Origin: Lytechinus pictus
Taxonomy: Eukaryota
Assembly (NCBI RefSeq): GCF_037042905.1
Contig: NC_087263.1
Span: 6,510,001 to 6,574,000 of the forward strand
DNA length: 64,000 nucleotides
Reading direction: 5' to 3'
Part shown: positions 53,370 to 64,000 of the stretch, piece by piece
Numbering within the stretch: position 1 is the first letter of the stretch
Layout: the number at the start of each line of letters is the position of its first letter
Made by a program: the position numbers and the translations under genes
The notes under the pieces: model-generated
Told to the model about the DNA's origin: nothing
Databases searched by the model: none
What the model saw: the letters and a program-made list of their open reading frames with translations, nothing else

Positions 53370-54225
53370 CCCCTTTTGACTTTCTAATTTACTCCATTGG
53401 CTCTCTTTTATTGGATAAGCAGTTTTCAGCAGCTTCTTTTTGACAATAAAAAAACAAAAGAAATAGTGAGTGAGGGACATCATCGAATCTCTCAATTGAA
53501 TTTCACTCAGTTTTGGATATAACTGTTTTGTGAAAAATAAGCGCAACTTTAAATGTTATAACTTTTTTATTTTACATCCGATTTCTCACTTTTTATTCAA
53601 ATAAACTTTTATTCGGGGTGGACCTGTCCTTTAACATTAAAACATAAGAAAAGAGCCGAGCAAAGATTGGAAACATAAAAAGCGAATGCAATTTGGACAT
53701 TTTGGGCTTCCAGTAATTGTAACACAAAGAATGACCGTGGCCTTATGTAAACCAGACTTCAGAATACTGGCCACTGGGTCTAAAAGATGCATAATTTTAT
53801 TATCATATCCTCTAATTTCAATAGAACAGCCTGGACGGCGTGAAGTCAAGCCAGAAGCCAGTGGATCCCTGGGTTCCACGGAAGCCGCTCATTTGCCAAC
53901 TTCCAAAAAAGCAAAAGAAGGTGGAGAAATCAAATTGAGGAAAAGGGGAAAGGAGAGAAGTAAGGGAAGAAAAAAAGAAGGCTATTGAATATAACAAGGG
54001 GAAGGAAATACATGGAAAAGGAATGAAAAAAACATTCAGGTCATTATATAAACCAGAAATTGGGTCACTCTTTGGGCTCACACTGCCTTGAGTTGGATAA
54101 TAATCTGCTCAAGAGAATAACATGGTATTTAATTAATCCGTTTTAAGTCAGTCAAATATGTTTGATTAATTGTTTGGGTGTACTTGAATTTCTAAGAGGA
54201 TGATAGTTCGTACCCCGGTAAACGT

Positions 54226-55563
54226 TCACTGTCGAGTTTCATCGTCTTTTTCAGCGAATGAATTCACGCAACAGTTGTTACGAAGGTTTGACATCCTACA
54301 GATCTTTAAATCGCAGCTCCAGCGATCTAAAAACAAAAACCTACGGAAGTTCCTTCTGAAGTGAACATTTGTAGCGGCGTAGATGATAGGGTTGATCGCT
54401 GAATTGCACCAGAGGAGATAAGACGTAATTTCCCAGACGAGGTCATTCGTGCATTCAAATCTGCAAATGGCGTAAACAATGCTGCAGATGTTGTATGGCG
54501 AATAGCAGAGAAAATAACAACAACTGAGAGTGGTGAGTACAAGCGCAGCCTTCCTATGTTTAGAGATAGTTCGTTTAAGAGCCTTGTTCGCAATCAATCT
54601 GCCATTCAGTTGGTCTGTATCAATATCTTGCGGGGGAATTGAAGATGTAAAGACACGAATATTTCCAACGTCAGTCATGGGGATCCTGGCATTGAAAGGG
54701 CGGTCCAATGGGTCACCCAAAGTGTGCTGATCAGATCGGTATTGTGGCAAATCTTCAAGCTCTTCCGTTTCTAGTTTCGAAGAAGTGTGCGTTGGTGAAA
54801 TAACTTGCGTGTGACTAGGGCGAAATTTCTTTGTAATGTCCTTATCAGACGTTTTTCTTTCAGTTTCAGGTTGACAAGTGGGTATATCGATGTGTCCAAT
54901 GCCATGACTTCGATGTCCTTTATCCGGTAAATTATTAATGTTGTGACTATCCCCAATCACCCCAACAGATCGTCTCCTTATTTTGATGTAAACAAGAAAA
55001 TTGAAGATCAAGAGGATAGTAAAAGGAATTACAAATTCTATGACATTTACCACAACTGTTGCATTGACGTTTGTCAAAAATTCCATCTCACAATTCACAG
55101 AATAGTCAAGGGTGCCGCTTCCGAAAAGACCTTTCCAGCCGAATGCTAAAGTTCCGTAGAAAATCAGGCATGTTATCCAAGAGACGGATAATACTGTTCC
55201 AACGCGTCTCTTTGTCTGGTAGGTGTTGTAGCCAATGCCCATTGTAAGGAGACAGTAACGGTCCCAGCTTATCATGAGCATGGTGAGGGTAGACATCAGT
55301 GTCAACGTGAATTCCAATGTGGACCAAAGTTTACAGAATGTCTCTCCGAAAGACCAGTGGCCTTTGACGATGTCAACAAGGTTAAAGGACATAACAATGC
55401 TTCCAACAATTAGATCAGTGATGGCTAGGTTTACGATAAAGAGGTTAGCCATACTGGATCGAATTCGGGCATCACGGATAAATGCAGCGACGACAAAAAT
55501 GTTCCCGATAACCGTGAAGGCGATGATTGTCAAGAGAATCATTGGCACTGCAGAAAGCATCAT
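54226..55563 (-). CDS. Class A GPCR, histamine H3/H4-like (445 aa ORF; very short N-terminus)
   Basis: GNIFV, NLAITD, WSFGETFCKLW, ISWDRY, CEMEF, EFVIPF, CYSPY, LLWCNSAINPIIY. Confidence 0.9.
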   Translation of the reverse strand: MMLSAVPMILLTIIAFTVIGNIFVVAAFIRDARIRSSMANLFIVNLAITDLIVGSIVMSFNLVDIVKGHWSFGETFCKLWSTLEFTLTLMSTLTMLMISWDRYCLLTMGIGYNTYQTKRRVGTVLSVSWITCLIFYGTLAFGWKGLFGSGTLDYSVNCEMEFLTNVNATVVVNVIEFVIPFTILLIFNFLVYIKIRRRSVGVIGDSHNINNLPDKGHRSHGIGHIDIPTCQPETERKTSDKDITKKFRPSHTQVISPTHTSSKLETEELEDLPQYRSDQHTLGDPLDRPFNARIPMTDVGNIRVFTSSIPPQDIDTDQLNGRLIANKALKRTISKHRKAALVLTTLSCCYFLCYSPYNICSIVYAICRFECTNDLVWEITSYLLWCNSAINPIIYAATNVHFRRNFRRFLFLDRWSCDLKICRMSNLRNNCCVNSFAEKDDETRQ

Positions 55564-56387
55564 GACTGCTTATTAACGAGATATACACTACACAAAACAT
55601 AAAAAATGGTGCGATGGTTTTGATGGGATTTTCCTCAATAACCAGAGGTGACGTAAAATTACATTCAGACGCAATATCATTTTCTTCCCAGATCCATTCT
55701 TTGCAGGTTGCCCAACTGAAAGAGTTTTTTAATTTAAGTAGGTACCGTTGTACACCTACTATGTCCCAGTGAAAATGGGAAGCAAGACGCTGGCTTTGTA
55801 TTCACTGGTTCATGAGCATACATTTGCTGACTTTCCAATTAGAGGATGTAATTACATATCTTTGAAATTGACAGATGAAATTCAATCCCATGTTTGGTAA
55901 GTGCTGAACACGCTACTATTGATTGCACGGCAAACAATAAATAATCCCGATACCTCCATTCGTTTCCGCTATTCTCTTTTATTCATCAGACTTTGTGTGC
56001 ATTATCGATAGGCAGCTCTGATATTGTCCCATAGTTCCTTAACAGAAGCAATTAAACTTTCAAAAGATTCCATATTGTAATTTGTTTCTTATTACACACA
56101 CCAACTGAAAATTTGCAAATGATACCACATTCTTTTTGTCAATCAGGACGATGTTTGCTTTAATTTTAAAATATGTTAAACACGCTCCAGGGTTAAACGT
56201 ATCAGTTTTAATAGCAAAATGCATTATAGAATGATTTGGCGCACACTTGATCTTTTAACCCGGTCACCAAATTTTTCGGTTCGAAAGTACAATCATCTAT
56301 ATACTACATGGTGTTTGCACTGTTTGGTTCGCTTACCCCCTGCATACTGGATACAGTTGGTCTCTGTAAAAGGTCTTTGTGACTTTC

Positions 56388-57084
56388 ATACCCCTTTCAT
56401 ACTGCCCTCTTCATTTTTCACCGGCGAACTTCGCCGGCGAACGCCGGCGAACTTCTCTGCCTCGCATTCCTCACTTCCCCGGCGACGAAAAAAAATGTAC
56501 CCTTTCGCACTGACATTTCTTCCCCGGCGAAAGTCAACGGGCGATTGCAGAACAAACGAAAGAAAATTGTAAACATTACTTCTTACCTATTACAAAAAGG
56601 TATAAAAAAAAATAATTACAACATATTTTTGAAGTATTACGATAAAAACAAACAATATCACCTTGTTTTTATATCTTAGCGCATTTTATACATGTAAAAA
56701 GTGCTTTTTAATAAATATTGTTAGTAAAAAAAAAAAAAAAAATGTTCGAGGGTATCTACTTGGCCATAGCATTCAGCTGAGCTTGCAACTATCGCGCGCG
56801 GAATCTCGGTGCAGGGGACTTCGGGAGAGAAAAAAAATTGACATCTGACGTCATTAAAGAGGAGAAGTTCTCCGGTTTGCTTTCATACTGGCCTTTTACC
56901 GGCGAACTTCGCCGGTGAAACAGTTTCGCCGGCGAAGTTCTCCACCTCTAGAGGTGGAGAAGTTCACCGGCGAAGTTCACCGGTGAAGTTCTCCTGTGTA
57001 CCTTTCATACTGGACACTTTCCCCTTCGCTGGCGAACTTCGCCGGTGAAGTTCGCCGGTGAAAGGCGCAATATGAAAGGAGTAT
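56388..57084. mobile_element. MITE (Harbinger-like) with palindromic subterminal repeats
   Basis: TIR ATACCCCTTTCATACTGC / GCAATATGAAAGGAGTAT; repeated CACCGGCGAACTTCGCCGG(T/C)G. Confidence 0.75.
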
Positions 57085-59394
57085 CAGAAATCAACAGGGG
57101 ATGGATGGGCATTACACTGCCTGCCATTCAACTTTTAAACAGGTTATTTGTTTGGAACCTGCAGATCTCCGAATGCATTATCATAAGCGTTCATTATCCC
57201 ATTGGGTATCCAAAATGCAGTGACTTCGACTAATAGCGTTTTGCCTCTCCAGAATTGGATTACCATTGGCCACATTGTACCACTGGGTAATAGGCCTTCC
57301 AAGTTCAGAAGTTTTATAAGATTCTAGTAATATCTGCCTGCATGTATTTTCCATAGCTGGAAGAGGTCAGCCGGCTTTGGTTGTTGAAAAAAAGCGCACG
57401 CAATTGATGAGTTATCTAAACCAATGGCGGCATTGAATCAACCAGTGCCGTCCGACAGAAACGTTGCGAGCCTAACAGAGCGTTAGCAGTAAGCCTAGTC
57501 ACATCGTCCTGACTGTTAAGTCCCAACAATTATTTCAATGTGCAAATAACACATATTTGTAACATTGGGCATCGCTGCCACACTGGTTTTAACAGGGCCT
57601 CTGTTAGCGCTAACGTTCCTGTGCGGTCAGTACTTTCGCGGGAATGCTGCTTTACCCGACAGAAGAGAGTTCGTGTAGCATAGCTGGCTTTGTGTTATTA
57701 TAAGGTGGGGCTTTGCCTCTTTCGAGTATAGAATTTCACCTGCAAAAATGCTCAGAAGTTGGAGACTGCATTTTATTTACTTTGTTTTACTTTATAGAGC
57801 GCGGCGCCTACTTAAGCAAAATCTAGGACTAGGTAATCTCTAGTAACTATCTCGTTGAGGGAGGTTTTTGTTCCGCTGTAAATTCCACATACCAATGGAA
57901 TGATCTACTTCAACCCCGGATTTAACACTACATGTATATCCTATATATCGTAGACGAAGTGAAGCCCCGAGCAAATGTCGTGTTACCGTTGCAGGATGGG
58001 CCATCACTTGCATTGCCAGCAAGAGCAAAGCAGTGCATGTAATTTCTATTTTTTGGATACAGCTTTGCTCATGGAAAATGGTTAGTCGTTATGCCTGGAT
58101 TTCCATTGTATTCGCTGTTTGTCAGGCCCGATTTCCACATTAATTTCCACTGCAATCAAATCAAAGCAATGTGTCAAGAGTAGCCATGATTTGTTGCACA
58201 TTCAATCAGAATTTACATTTAATTGCCCTTTATACGAAGTAAAACGGGGCACCGGCTTTAAAAAATGCACGGTGTTCAAACATCTGCACACGAAAGTCAT
58301 GACATGAAAATGGGCAGAAAGATGAAACGCATTTTTTGTTTAAAAAAAAATGTCCTTCCCGGTAAAAACCCATTTGCCTTTTACCATGTTTATGCTGTAG
58401 AGTATGAATGCAAGCAACGATTCGGTTTTATTAGTGAATTATGTATTAAATTGGAGCAGTTCATGTAACATGAATAAAACATAATGGCGATTTTTACACA
58501 ATATGTTTCAGACTGTGTTGCTATTTTTGATCGCAATAAAAGAATAATTTGTTATTTCTGTTCGAAGTTGTATGTGAGTGACAGAGCTATACCATTCTAT
58601 GGCTATGCATCTCAAGATATTAAAACACATGTATTACTCAAATCATAACTAGCAGGGGGTGAAGCAACTCTTATCCAACATCTAACTGTGAGAGATTGAG
58701 CTGACCTAGAGTCTAAGAAGCTCTACAGGGGCCAAGTGATTCATAGGCACCTTTACTAAAACCTGTTTTGCATCATTTTGCAGGATTTTAGGGTCAGCGT
58801 CTTTCACAGCAGTTTGTTATTGCTGTTGTTGCCATTTTATACCTGACAGGGAAATAGCAGAAAATAACACGAAACAGTATTCCCACTTTGTAATACGGCT
58901 CAGTCTCTTATCAAGGTTACTAGTTGATCCAACGTAGGCTATTGATTAAAATCGAAACGAATATTGAATATATATATATGATTTTGAAATATATCAATTT
59001 GTGTTGGCATTAATTTTGAATAATCAGCGTATTCCCTTCATTTTAAACGGGGACACAAGCCTGATTCTCCGTGATGGATATCATATAATAAATAACATGC
59101 ATAAGCTGGATTGATTGGATCACTATCTGAATTATCGGTGAGTATTGCAAGGCAAACATTCTTAAACTTGTCACTTAGTTCAGAAAGAGAAGTTACCCCG
59201 GTTACAATTGTTTCATGATTTTTTTTTTTTAGAAAAGTGGAGTTTCATTAAATAAACGTGTTTTTTCAGAAAAGAAATTACAATGTATTTATTATAGAGT
59301 TTACAACTTTTTTGCCCTATCTACTAATTGATTACTATCATATTAATTTTGCTCAAACTGTCACCTATATACATCATTTAAACAACTTTCAATT

Positions 59395-59600
59395 TTGTGT
59401 GGATTCTCTTGGTGGTGATTTTTTACCTGATTGCTAAGAAAGCATGAATGCTTGTAAGCAAGCAACTAGAGGACCGACGGCTTAAGGTCCTCTCCGAAGG
59501 ACCTGGTACTGAGGATTAATGCCTTACCAAAGGGCACTAGCGCACCGAGTGAGAATCGAACCCGGGTCACCGGAATACCAATCCCCCGCTCTACCGACCG
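59395..59600 (-). mobile_element. tRNA-derived SINE with a Deu-domain-like motif
   Basis: Minus strand: GGTAGAGC..GGTTCGATTC (B box)..GTGCCCTTTGGTAAGGCATT..GTCCTTCGGAGAGGACCTTAAGCCGTCGGTCC. Confidence 0.7.
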
Positions 59601-59800
59601 GTTTTAGCTCGAGGTGCCTTTCAGCGCTCTTGCATTCAAGAAATTAATCCTGCCGGGTACCCATTCACCTCACCTGGATCGAGTGTAACCCAGTGTGGAT
59701 ACATTTCTTGCTGAAGGAAAACACGTCATGGCTAGGATTCGAACCCAAGACCCTCTGTTTGAAAGGCGAGAGTCAGAACCATGAGACCACAACGCACCCA
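59601..59800 (-). mobile_element. tRNA-derived SINE (second family), abutting the previous SINE
   Basis: Minus strand: GTGGTCTCATGG (A box)..GGGTTCGAATCC (B box)..CAGCAAGAAATGTATCCAC..ACTCGATCCAGGTG..AATGGGTACC. Confidence 0.7.
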
Positions 59801-60025
59801 CACGCAATAAAACCGACTGGCAACCGGCAGACAACATTGATTTTACATAAGATCTTTCAACTAAATACAGAACATGTCTCTTGCACGCGTAAGAAGTGGG
59901 CCAGTTCTCGGTGTTGGTTTGCTGATCAGTCGGACTGATATGAGTCTTCAAAAAAAAAAAAAAGGAAATCAAACAAGTAAAAGTTGAATCTCTTTCTCTC
60001 ATTTTGAATCTCGAGTTACATAGCA

Positions 60026-61324
60026 CTACTTATTGGCATTGCCAATACTGTTATCCGCTTTCCTAGTACTTATTTTGAATCGTTTGAAATTGAATTTCCA
60101 TCTATTCAGTCCCAAGAATTGGCGAAAATTCCTCCTAAAATGGACGTTTGTAGCAGCGTAGATAAAAGGATTCAAGGTGGAGTTACACCAAAGAAAATTA
60201 CTGACAGTTTCCCACACACGGTCAGACACACATTCAAAGCCACAAATAGAAAACACGACACTGGTTATGTTATATGGTAGGTAGCAGATAGTGTAACAAC
60301 CGACAAGTACTGTAAGAACGAGGGCAGCTCTGCGATGCCTCACTAAAGTTTTGTTATCCTTCTTACTAGGCCAATTGTTATTTTCTGATTCAGGATTGGG
60401 ATCCTGCTGCCGAGCTTGGGCAACACTGGGATCTTCTTTCCAGCAGCATTTGGAACGCTTGGTCTCTAAAGCTGGGTCCAATGAAGATTCAATTCCTTCA
60501 AGCTGCTCCGTTGCTCCTTCGGATGATGTGCTTCTTGGTCCGCTTTGTTGTCGGTTTTGTGTAGATTCTTGCTCTATTCTTGTATTCTGAAATCGCGTTG
60601 TCGAGGCGCCATACGAGAGCATATCTGGGTTGATCCTATTTCCGACGAAACCTTTCGAGCGCCGTTTTATGTAAACAAACACACCTACGTAAACCACCAC
60701 CAGTATGGCGAATGGTAAAATGAACTCCAAAAGGTTTACTACAATTGTAGCAGATAAGTGTGTAAGAAACTCCATTTCACATTCTTCATCATAGTTCACG
60801 TTGTGTTCCCCTGATATGGAACTCCAAGTGAATGCCAATATGCTATATACAGTTATCAATCCGATCCAAAGAGACACGACGGTGTAGGTCGTTCTTTTAT
60901 GACCACGGTTCCTGATGTATTTCACCCCCTTGGTCAAAAGGCAGTAGCGGTCCCAACTGATTAACAGCATAGTCATGATCGATACCATGCTTAGGGTGTG
61001 ATCAATGATGCACCATAGTTTGCAGAAGACCTCTCCGAATGGCCAGTAGTCTAAGATAACCCATGCCAAATTGACGCTCATTATGACTGCACCAACTAGA
61101 AAGTCCGAAATGGCCATATTCAGAATGTATATATTAGCAACGGTTATTCTTATTTTCGGATCGCGAAAATAAGCAAGTACCACGAAGATATTCCCGATAA
61201 CAGTAATTAAAGCAATTGCTGTCAAGATGAGAGGCACAGACCAAGTTGTTGAAAATGGATATTCGTCCAGAGAACCGCTGGTCGTCGTATCCTCATACTT
61301 ATCAAAATCCGATGTATTAGACAT
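60026..61324 (-). CDS. Class A GPCR, histamine H3/H4-like (intronless ORF, ~432 aa from the ATG at 61324)
   Basis: MSNTS sequon; GNIFV, NMAISD, YWPFGEVFCKLW, D3.32 (IDHTLS), ISWDRY, CEMEF, EFILPF, CYLPY, FLWCNSTLNPFIY. The ORF-track start at 61345 is TTG. Confidence 0.93.
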   Translation of the reverse strand: MSNTSDFDKYEDTTTSGSLDEYPFSTTWSVPLILTAIALITVIGNIFVVLAYFRDPKIRITVANIYILNMAISDFLVGAVIMSVNLAWVILDYWPFGEVFCKLWCIIDHTLSMVSIMTMLLISWDRYCLLTKGVKYIRNRGHKRTTYTVVSLWIGLITVYSILAFTWSSISGEHNVNYDEECEMEFLTHLSATIVVNLLEFILPFAILVVVYVGVFVYIKRRSKGFVGNRINPDMLSYGASTTRFQNTRIEQESTQNRQQSGPRSTSSEGATEQLEGIESSLDPALETKRSKCCWKEDPSVAQARQQDPNPESENNNWPSKKDNKTLVRHRRAALVLTVLVGCYTICYLPYNITSVVFSICGFECVSDRVWETVSNFLWCNSTLNPFIYAATNVHFRRNFRQFLGLNRWKFNFKRFKISTRKADNSIGNANK

Positions 61325-62672
61325 ATTTGCAGCCAGTATGATCAAACGGAATCAGTAGTAGACAGTTCATGTAGTACTTAGGAATGTCTGCACGATCGCT
61401 ATACCCTTATCTAATTATTTTGTATAAATTACGATCCTCTCGATCCGGTCACCAGCAAGAATTCCCAAAGCAAAATGAAAATAAAGGAGTGTTCACTTGA
61501 ATGAAGGAAAATGTCTTTTGCTTGTTATAACTGAACAACACTTACAGAATTCCCAGCAGGTTTATGAACCTCGGTGCATCAGAACCAACACCATTCTCTA
61601 TTCTTGTTGCATCAGCTCACTTTCACTGTTTACTTTTTAACTGCTAATAACATTCATCAAATTGAACGAAGTCAGTGACAACCATGACAAGGGCAAAAAA
61701 GGCATTGAGAGAGGCCAGAGTACTGGTTTTAATTAAAAAGCTTCGTTTGGCGTTCACGTAAAATGATTGGAATACAATCATGATACCGTCTCGTGATAAT
61801 CTAAGAAAATGACATCTGTTACTCCAAAGCACAGCTTTTATATGCAATATGAGTGTTGCCCAGGAAACTGAGATACTAGTTTCCACATCATCTACATCTT
61901 GCGTGATGATGATTCCTATTTAGGGAACAGCCTATCGTCAGATCGAAGCTATACTGTTGACCATGTTGACACTTGATTGACTTGATCAATGTTGATTATG
62001 GTTCAATGATCAATCTACTTCCTAGCAGAAGGGGGATCCTGCTGTAATCAATCCCGACCCATAAACCAACGTGGACCTTATGGAGAGAAAGGGGGAAGAA
62101 AGTGTTGTTATGATATCACTTTTAATTTGCTCAGTGAAATCGATATGTTGAGCGGAAAGAAAAACCCGGAGCCATTGTTTGTGATGTAATTGCGATGTAC
62201 AAGTAGAATAGAAATGGGTTTCCATTTTCAAGAGAGTGTGTTTGTATTATATATTTCCTCTTTTCTTCCAATGCGAAAATACAGTGTAACAAAACTGATG
62301 TAATAAATGGTTGCGTTGGAAACAACATCTTAGTAAAGTTATAACTTAAATTTTAACTTCAGGACTGGTTGTGGGGGAGGCACTGAAAGTAGTTTCTATG
62401 CTTTTTATTGAACGTGATGTTCAATAGCGCATTAACCATGTTAATTTGTTGGTTGTGGGCTTTCAAAAAGCACTCGGGTCTGCATGTAAAGAGGTGATAA
62501 GTTAACGCACCTTACACATGGTTCATGAATATCATTTAAAAAAAAATCGCAGCCTCTTTCAAGTAGGATGGCTTTAATCCAACAATGATTTCTTTGTGTT
62601 ATTAAATCAATTACATTTAGAAATTACATCCGTAAGCTATCATTATCAACACTTCACTTAGAGATCACTGAA

Positions 62673-62760
62673 CACGGGCGTAAATATGGGGGATGGGGAT
62701 ATATCCCCACTTATCGGAGAGGGAAAATGGCATGTTGAATCATCTCCCCACTTTTCAAGA
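62673..62760. mobile_element. Left-end remnant of a hAT-type element
   Basis: CACGGGCGTAAATATGGGGGATGGGGATATATCCCC resembles the left end of the 2021-3890 element. Confidence 0.5.
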
Positions 62761-63174
62761 CAGAAACTTTTTTTTCCGTATCAATTATGTTAATACGTGG
62801 ATTCATCTTTAAGACAATGACTGCGGTAAAAATTCTTGAATTTGCCCAATTTTGCAGTCTATAAACGCAAAATTTCTCATGCGGTCTTACGCTCTCACGT
62901 TCAATGTATTCTTACAAGAATGTGGTCAAGGTAGATCCTTAGTTTAAGTTTATTGCAAAGTTCTTATAAGTTATCATGAGAGTATGTTTATAATAAACCC
63001 ATTTATGAATTGAATAATTCAAATGACTTTTGAATATACTGGTTACAATTTTGTTCATAAAACAATAAAAACGTACACTGGCGGGGGGGGGGGGCATATC
63101 CTGGTATCATTGTGAAAGCAGGATACTTTTAATCACAATTAACACAACAAACTAATGAGTATATCAATGTGGAA

Positions 63175-63355
63175 GTGCAGTGGCCGAGTGGTCTAAGGCG
63201 CCTGACTATACGTGGAAAGTCCTGGGTTCGTTCCCCGGCCACGGCACCTATGCCCGTGAAGACAGCATTAAAATTGACAATTCTCTTTTATCCTGCATTC
63301 AAATAAATGGAAATGCTTTACGCAATCTTGGTAATTCGGTGTGCACTTCTTTAAA
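63175..63355 (+). mobile_element. tRNA-derived SINE
   Basis: GTGGCCGAGTGGTCTAAGGCG (A box), GGGTTCGTTCCCC (B box-like); body shared with 29606-29740. Confidence 0.75.
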
Positions 63356-63639
63356 AAATATGAATTTTGCTCGAAATTTTGAATGTTGCATCTTCTCCAA
63401 ATATTAACTATTATTATTTTCCCCCTTTCTGCAATTTTTTTCCTTAGGTTTTCATTTCCATCATTGTGCAAATCCCGCATTTTCGGAAGCTTAAATTATG
63501 GGATGTGATGGCCTTTGAATCATTTCATGAGGCACCGTAGTTTCCATAATCATGACCCTTTTTTTTTATATCCAGATCTAAAAAGGGACATTGTAAGCAA
63601 TTTTTTTTTATAATACGTACCTGTCTCGCTAAAGAAACA

Positions 63640-64000
63640 ATACGAGCGCAAAGCGCGAGCTGAAATATTTGTATATATTGACCCCAAACAGGGACATTTT
63701 AAGGACTATATTTTAGGAATCCATTAAGAGTATACATATTTCACCATAGTCGTCTAATGCGAGTGCCAAGCGTTTGCTGATTTTAGAATTACATCTGATG
63801 TTAGAATTACATCTAATTTTAGAATAACATCTAATTTTAGAATTACATCTGATGTTAGAATTACATCTAAGCACAGGAATTAATTGTCATTGTAATCATG
63901 ATTAAGATACGCATCTCACTAATCAAATATTGCGACCGTGAAGCGCGAGCTGAAAATTTAGAAAAATTAAGACATGAAGAGTGGCATTTTAAGGATTGTT
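63640..64000. repeat. hAT-associated ~120-bp repeats with an internal 18-19 bp tandem array (TTAGAATTACATCT..)
   Basis: Similar to the interior of 41250-42137; five copies of TTAGAAT(T/A)ACATCT at ~63783-63870. Confidence 0.7.

Larger units (their letters stand above)
50776..53442 (+). mobile_element. Penelope-like retroelement (5'-truncated; RT and GIY-YIG endonuclease)
   Basis: 15-bp TSD ACAATAAAAAAACAA at 50761-50775 and 53443-53457; RT and GIY-YIG coding region; long T-rich 3' region; hammerhead-like motif near the 3' end. Confidence 0.9.
50379..53630. mobile_element. Kolobok-type MITE split by a Penelope-like insertion
   Basis: TTAA-AGGACAAGTCCACCCC ... GGGGTGGACCTGTCCT-TTAA; both halves align to the 35300-35891 copy. 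Confidence 0.85.

Noticed and set aside
63175-63250. Genuine tRNA gene
   Set aside because: The anticodon arm does not form a canonical structure, and the sequence continues into a SINE body shared with 29606-29740.

Overview
AT-rich, repeat-dense animal genomic DNA with spliceosomal introns, tRNA-derived SINEs and many MITEs. The repeat families look echinoderm/sea-urchin-like, which is an inference. Four GPCR genes are present. Three are histamine H3/H4-like class A receptors with intronless ORFs (7116-8339 +, 54226-55563 -, 60026-61324 -). The fourth is a 16-coding-exon adhesion GPCR on the minus strand (36323-13721, about 1008 aa), assembled by hand with consistent GT-AG junctions and phases. 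Its ectodomain is an FCGBP N-terminal (IgGFc-binding) domain joined to a compact GAIN/GPS (intact HL|T site) and a secretin-type 7TM; this architecture is the main finding. Mobile DNA includes a CR1-group LINE split just after its YADD motif by an internally deleted hAT element (8-bp TSD), and a Penelope-like RT/GIY-YIG element with a minimal hammerhead ribozyme motif nested in a Kolobok-type MITE (15-bp TSD). There are also piggyBac-, hAT-, Kolobok-, Harbinger- and CACTA-like MITEs, SINEs, and a well-folded tRNA-like gene with a UCA (opal-reading) anticodon at 44101-44172.
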